A stretch of 64,000 bases of DNA from positions 64,840 through 128,839 of the forward strand of contig JAYGDX010000185.1 of assembly GCA_046582655.1 (NCBI GenBank), given 5' to 3'. Below, one piece after another: positions 60,697 to 64,000 of the stretch (position 1 is its first letter; every line of letters starts with the position of its first letter). The position numbers and the translations under genes were made by a program. This stretch comes from Candidatus Poribacteria bacterium (GTDB lineage Bacteria > Poribacteria > WGA-4E > UBA9662). The notes under the pieces were generated by a model, which did no database searches, was not told where the DNA came from, and saw only the letters and a list, made by a program, of their open reading frames with translations.

Positions 60697-61605
60697 ATGA
60701 ATGTCAGACAGCAAATAAATAGAAAAGTCAACCTCCGTTTTACATCCAATGACGGGGAAACGGAAACTTATCCCAGCCGTATAAAATCATCAGGTGTTGA
60801 GCATCTGACTGTCCTAGCTCCTGATATTAGGGATCTTTCTGCTTGGGTAGATCAGGAAATTACGATTGAAGAAGAACCGATTGGCGGTATCACGGCGGTT
60901 TACGAAACAACAGTTCTTAGTCATGAGACTTTTGAGGAGGAAGGACAGAACTCCGTACTGATATTAAATCGACCACAGGATTTTGAAGAACGACGATCAA
61001 CTAGGATTGACGTTAACTTCCCGATTACTATCAAGTCGGAAATTAAATCAGGTACTGTCGGTGCGACGGAAGAAAAAACAGAAAAAGCGTTAGCGACAAA
61101 TTTAAGCCCGTACGGTTTGTTGGTCATTCTGGGACTTCGTCAGGACCAGGATCTACAACGTGGACAGGTGGTGAATCTCAGTTTTGAGTTGTCGTCTGAG
61201 AGTCCGCTCATCTTTACACTCAACGCGCAGGTTAGTAGAAAATACAAGTTGGAACTTGGTGAACTATCGACCAAATATGCAATCGCTTTTCAGTTCGTTG
61301 ATATCTCGCCTGATGTAGCAAACGAGCTGATGCGTTATATCTTTACGAATCAAGTGGAGTTACAAGAAAATGACCTAGAATCTCCCTCCATATCTCCGCA
61401 GGAGCAGGTTCGTCTGCTCAAAGACGAAATTAATAGGTTGCAAGAACAACTTCAGGTTGTTAATGGGCAGCTAAAACAAGCAGAAGAAGCTAGGCTACGA
61501 TCTGACACCATTATCATTCAATTGACAAAGAAACTAAATGAGTCGGGGACAGTACTTAGCCGTGGGAGTTGGTGGCGCGTCTGGGATCAGTTCGGACGCC
61601 GCTAA
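60697..61605 (+). CDS. Second PilZ/YcgR-like protein, with coiled coil and amphipathic tail
   Basis: YPSRI N-terminal domain, ERRSTR, NLSPYG, AFQFVDI; tail SWWRVWDQFGRR. Confidence 0.8.
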   Translation: MNVRQQINRKVNLRFTSNDGETETYPSRIKSSGVEHLTVLAPDIRDLSAWVDQEITIEEEPIGGITAVYETTVLSHETFEEEGQNSVLILNRPQDFEERRSTRIDVNFPITIKSEIKSGTVGATEEKTEKALATNLSPYGLLVILGLRQDQDLQRGQVVNLSFELSSESPLIFTLNAQVSRKYKLELGELSTKYAIAFQFVDISPDVANELMRYIFTNQVELQENDLESPSISPQEQVRLLKDEINRLQEQLQVVNGQLKQAEEARLRSDTIIIQLTKKLNESGTVLSRGSWWRVWDQFGRR

Positions 61606-61620
61606 TTGGCTAAAATGGAG

Positions 61621-61647
61621 TTAAGTTGGCGGCATCTGTGTCGACAA
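61621..61647 (+). promoter_or_regulatory. Candidate sigma28 promoter for fliD
   Basis: TTAAGTTG-N11-GTCGACAA against consensus TAAAGTTT-N11-GCCGATAA. Confidence 0.55.
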
Positions 61648-61723
61648 AATCAGTGAACCGCTTAGATTATTTAGGGATTGATTTTCCTAAAATATAATTT
61701 TTTGTATGGGAGTAATCTAGTAA

Positions 61724-64000
61724 ATGTCTTTACAGGCAACAGGACTTGTCTCTGGGTTTGATGTTAATAGCATCATTGATCAGCTGATTAAAGCCGAAAC
61801 TGCTCCGCGCTCACGGATTGAAACCCGCGAGAAGATCCTGAATGCTCAACAAGATACGTTAAAAAATATAAATTCCAACCTGTTGATTCTACAGAGTCGA
61901 GCAGCTGGTTTAGCCAGTACTACGCTTACCCTTCAAAGAACGGTGACCTCCACCAATGAGGACGTTCTGGAAGCCACCGCTGCTTCAGGGGCCCCACGTC
62001 AGGACTATCAACTGAATATTTCCAGCCTGGCGACTTCCTCTCGTGTTTCAAGTGACAGTCCAATCAGTAACTCAATCCAAATGACCAGGCTGGTTGAAAT
62101 TAGCTTGGCAAAGGATTCCGATAATGATGGTTCGCCCGATCAAGGTTCATTTACAGTAGACGGCCTGACCAAGGATTCGAGTGGTAACGACATAACTGTT
62201 ACTCTGAATCAAGGATCGACTACGTTGAATAACATAGTCTCTACACTCAACTTTACCGCCACAGACAGCACGACGACTTCAACAAATTACACTACTCTCT
62301 TTGAGAGTAGTTACGTTGGTTTGTCAGATGATAGCGGACTCTCGATTACCAAACGAATATCCAAATTGAATACTGCCTTGACTGACCCGACAACACAGAT
62401 TAGCGCGGCTCAGTTGAGTTTCAAGGAAAGCGATACCAACTTCGCTTCAGTGATTGGATTGCCTGTTGCCAGACAGATCATCCACGGTCTTAGCGAAATA
62501 GATGGGGTTGTTGGTAGTAATCGCATGTCCGAACTCGGAGCCGTGGAAGTCTTGGATTATGACAATTCTAGCAGAACTGTAACTGTGAGTACGGATGACG
62601 TCGGTCGATTCGCAAATACTCAGATTCTCACTTTCGCTGGAGGCGGTATAGGTAATGCTACCGCCAAGATGACGATCAGTAGCAACCCGAGTGCCAGCGC
62701 AGGTACTTTTACCTTGACGTCTTCAAGTTATGACCTGACGGGTGCCCGAATTATTGGTGCTGATAGTACTGGCGGCGGTCAACCTTTCTTAGCAAAATCT
62801 GTTAACCCTGGCTCTTTTACCATCAATGGAGTGACTTTTCATGTTGCCAAAATCCAGAGTAGCAGTCTGGCTGTCAAATTCAGTTCAAGCACGGATCTTA
62901 ACAGCACAACGACCCTGAGTGCCGATTTGACCAGTTCGGCTACAACGATGACAGTTAGTTCCACCTCGTCATTTGCCACCGCAGGTACCATTCGGATTGA
63001 GGACGAATATATTACATATACTGGTAAAACGAGTAACACATTTACCGGTTTAACCAGGGGATCCAGTGGCTCCACAGCTGCTGCCTACGAAGCGACAGCA
63101 GGCAGCGTTGGTATCACCTCTGTGGACTATAGCAGCCAGACCATGTCAGCTTTGGACATTGCTGCCGGAACTTTCACAGTTAAAGGATCTTCAGAAAAAA
63201 CTGTCACTATCAGTTCAACTTCCGATACCCTTTCTACGGTAATAGGTAGTATTAATTCGGCTAATGCCGGAGTAACGGCGTCACTGTCAGTAGATGGTCG
63301 CGTTAAGCTAGTTGGTCCTGCCGGAACTATCGTGGCGGCGACAGACAGTACCAGTGATTTCGCCAGCAAACTCAATTTCGGACGGGGAATTGTGTCCTCC
63401 ACCAAGCTTTCAGAACTGGGTATAACCAGCGGCACCTTTAATCTGAACGGCATTCCATTCACTTACTCCTCCTCAGACACAGTTAATGATGTACTAAACA
63501 GTATTAACCAGAATAGCAATGTCAACTTGCAGGCAAGATTGACTACAGATGGTTTTGTGGAGATCTATAGTCCGGATGGAAGTTCATGGCGTTCAGCTAG
63601 TGAGTTGAGTACGACTTCTTTAGGGAGTGCTCTTACAGATTCTTCGTCATCCATTACGGTAGGTTCAACGGGTGCGTTTCCCAGTACGGGTGTGATCCGG
63701 ATTGGTAGTGAAGATATTGCCTATACAGGGAAGACGAGCACTACTTTTACCGGTTTGACTAGGGGATACAATAACACAATAGCTGCGGCTCATTCCAGTG
63801 GTACTTCTGTTACTGACGAACCGAACTGGGCCATTTCCGATAGTAGTGGTAATTTGGCTTCACTCTTCGGCTTTGGTCGTAGCAGCGAAACCTTACAGAA
63901 TGTGCTTAATCAAGTTACAGCATCTTCGGTTGGTTCCGTGTTTGCGGTTCGAGATACCATCAAGGGGACGGTTTCGAAGATATCGATGCCTGCCACTACA
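61724..64000 (+). CDS. fliD: Very large flagellar filament cap protein FliD (runs off the window; not in the ORF track)
   Basis: Hand translation: MSLQATGLVSGFDVNSIIDQLIKAE...YQLNISSLAT (FliD N-terminal domain); 759 codons with no stop; GGGAG RBS. Confidence 0.9.
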   Translation, partial: MSLQATGLVSGFDVNSIIDQLIKAETAPRSRIETREKILNAQQDTLKNINSNLLILQSRAAGLASTTLTLQRTVTSTNEDVLEATAASGAPRQDYQLNISSLATSSRVSSDSPISNSIQMTRLVEISLAKDSDNDGSPDQGSFTVDGLTKDSSGNDITVTLNQGSTTLNNIVSTLNFTATDSTTTSTNYTTLFESSYVGLSDDSGLSITKRISKLNTALTDPTTQISAAQLSFKESDTNFASVIGLPVARQIIHGLSEIDGVVGSNRMSELGAVEVLDYDNSSRTVTVSTDDVGRFANTQILTFAGGGIGNATAKMTISSNPSASAGTFTLTSSSYDLTGARIIGADSTGGGQPFLAKSVNPGSFTINGVTFHVAKIQSSSLAVKFSSSTDLNSTTTLSADLTSSATTMTVSSTSSFATAGTIRIEDEYITYTGKTSNTFTGLTRGSSGSTAAAYEATAGSVGITSVDYSSQTMSALDIAAGTFTVKGSSEKTVTISSTSDTLSTVIGSINSANAGVTASLSVDGRVKLVGPAGTIVAATDSTSDFASKLNFGRGIVSSTKLSELGITSGTFNLNGIPFTYSSSDTVNDVLNSINQNSNVNLQARLTTDGFVEIYSPDGSSWRSASELSTTSLGSALTDSSSSITVGSTGAFPSTGVIRIGSEDIAYTGKTSTTFTGLTRGYNNTIAAAHSSGTSVTDEPNWAISDSSGNLASLFGFGRSSETLQNVLNQVTASSVGSVFAVRDTIKGTVSKISMPATT
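62909..63811 (+). repeat. Two ~60-aa internal protein repeats in FliD (62909-63088 and 63614-63811)
   Basis: GTIRIEDEYITYTGKTSNTFTGLTRG...AAAY versus GVIRIGSEDIAYTGKTSTTFTGLTRG...AAAH. Confidence 0.9.

Noticed and set aside
62839..63462. Two minus-strand ORFs in the track
   Set aside because: Antisense shadows of the + strand fliD ORF.
61724..64000. Higher GC of fliD as evidence of horizontal transfer
   Set aside because: Judged only by eye and explicable by Ser/Thr/Gly/Ala-rich composition; no flanking mobility signals.

Overview
Bacterial chromosomal window, gene-dense and moderately AT-rich, with no rRNA, tRNA, CRISPR array or mobile element that I can recognise. Four blocks. (1) 15-17693: a complete F1Fo ATP synthase operon (atpZ-I-B-E-F-H-A-G-D-C) running into pgi, a sugar epimerase, a PfkB kinase, a nitroreductase, a cobA-hemD fusion, ccmE/F/H and an O-antigen-ligase-like gene. 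(2) 17989-26469: accessory genes, including an enolase-superfamily enzyme behind a possible attenuator leader, an M20 peptidase, a small repeat protein, a Tm-1-like protein, a frameshifted ferritin-like gene and an NHL-propeller/beta-barrel protein. (3) 26694-34227: ffh-rpsP-ylqD-trmD-rplS-rnhB-yraN (no rimM; rnhB has an early stop; yraN is decayed), then dtd, an ABC permease and hflX. (4) 34559 to beyond 64000: a ~29 kb flagellar cluster in Firmicutes-like order. Block 4 is the best candidate for an undescribed system. It lacks flgC, fliK/flgD/flgE and the che genes at their usual slots. It has a FlhG that looks catalytically dead but keeps its FlhF-activating motif, altered FliG/MotA torque charges, a Na+-type stator, a lipoprotein FliL, two PilZ proteins, a lead periplasmic TPR protein and an A10 tract in the promoter spacer. 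It ends in an oversized FliD (61724 to the window end, 759 codons with no stop, absent from the ORF track) that carries two repeats resembling phage virion structural modules. The gene content is compatible with a free-living marine diderm such as Ca. Poribacteria, but this is inference only. All family assignments are from motif recognition, not database searches.
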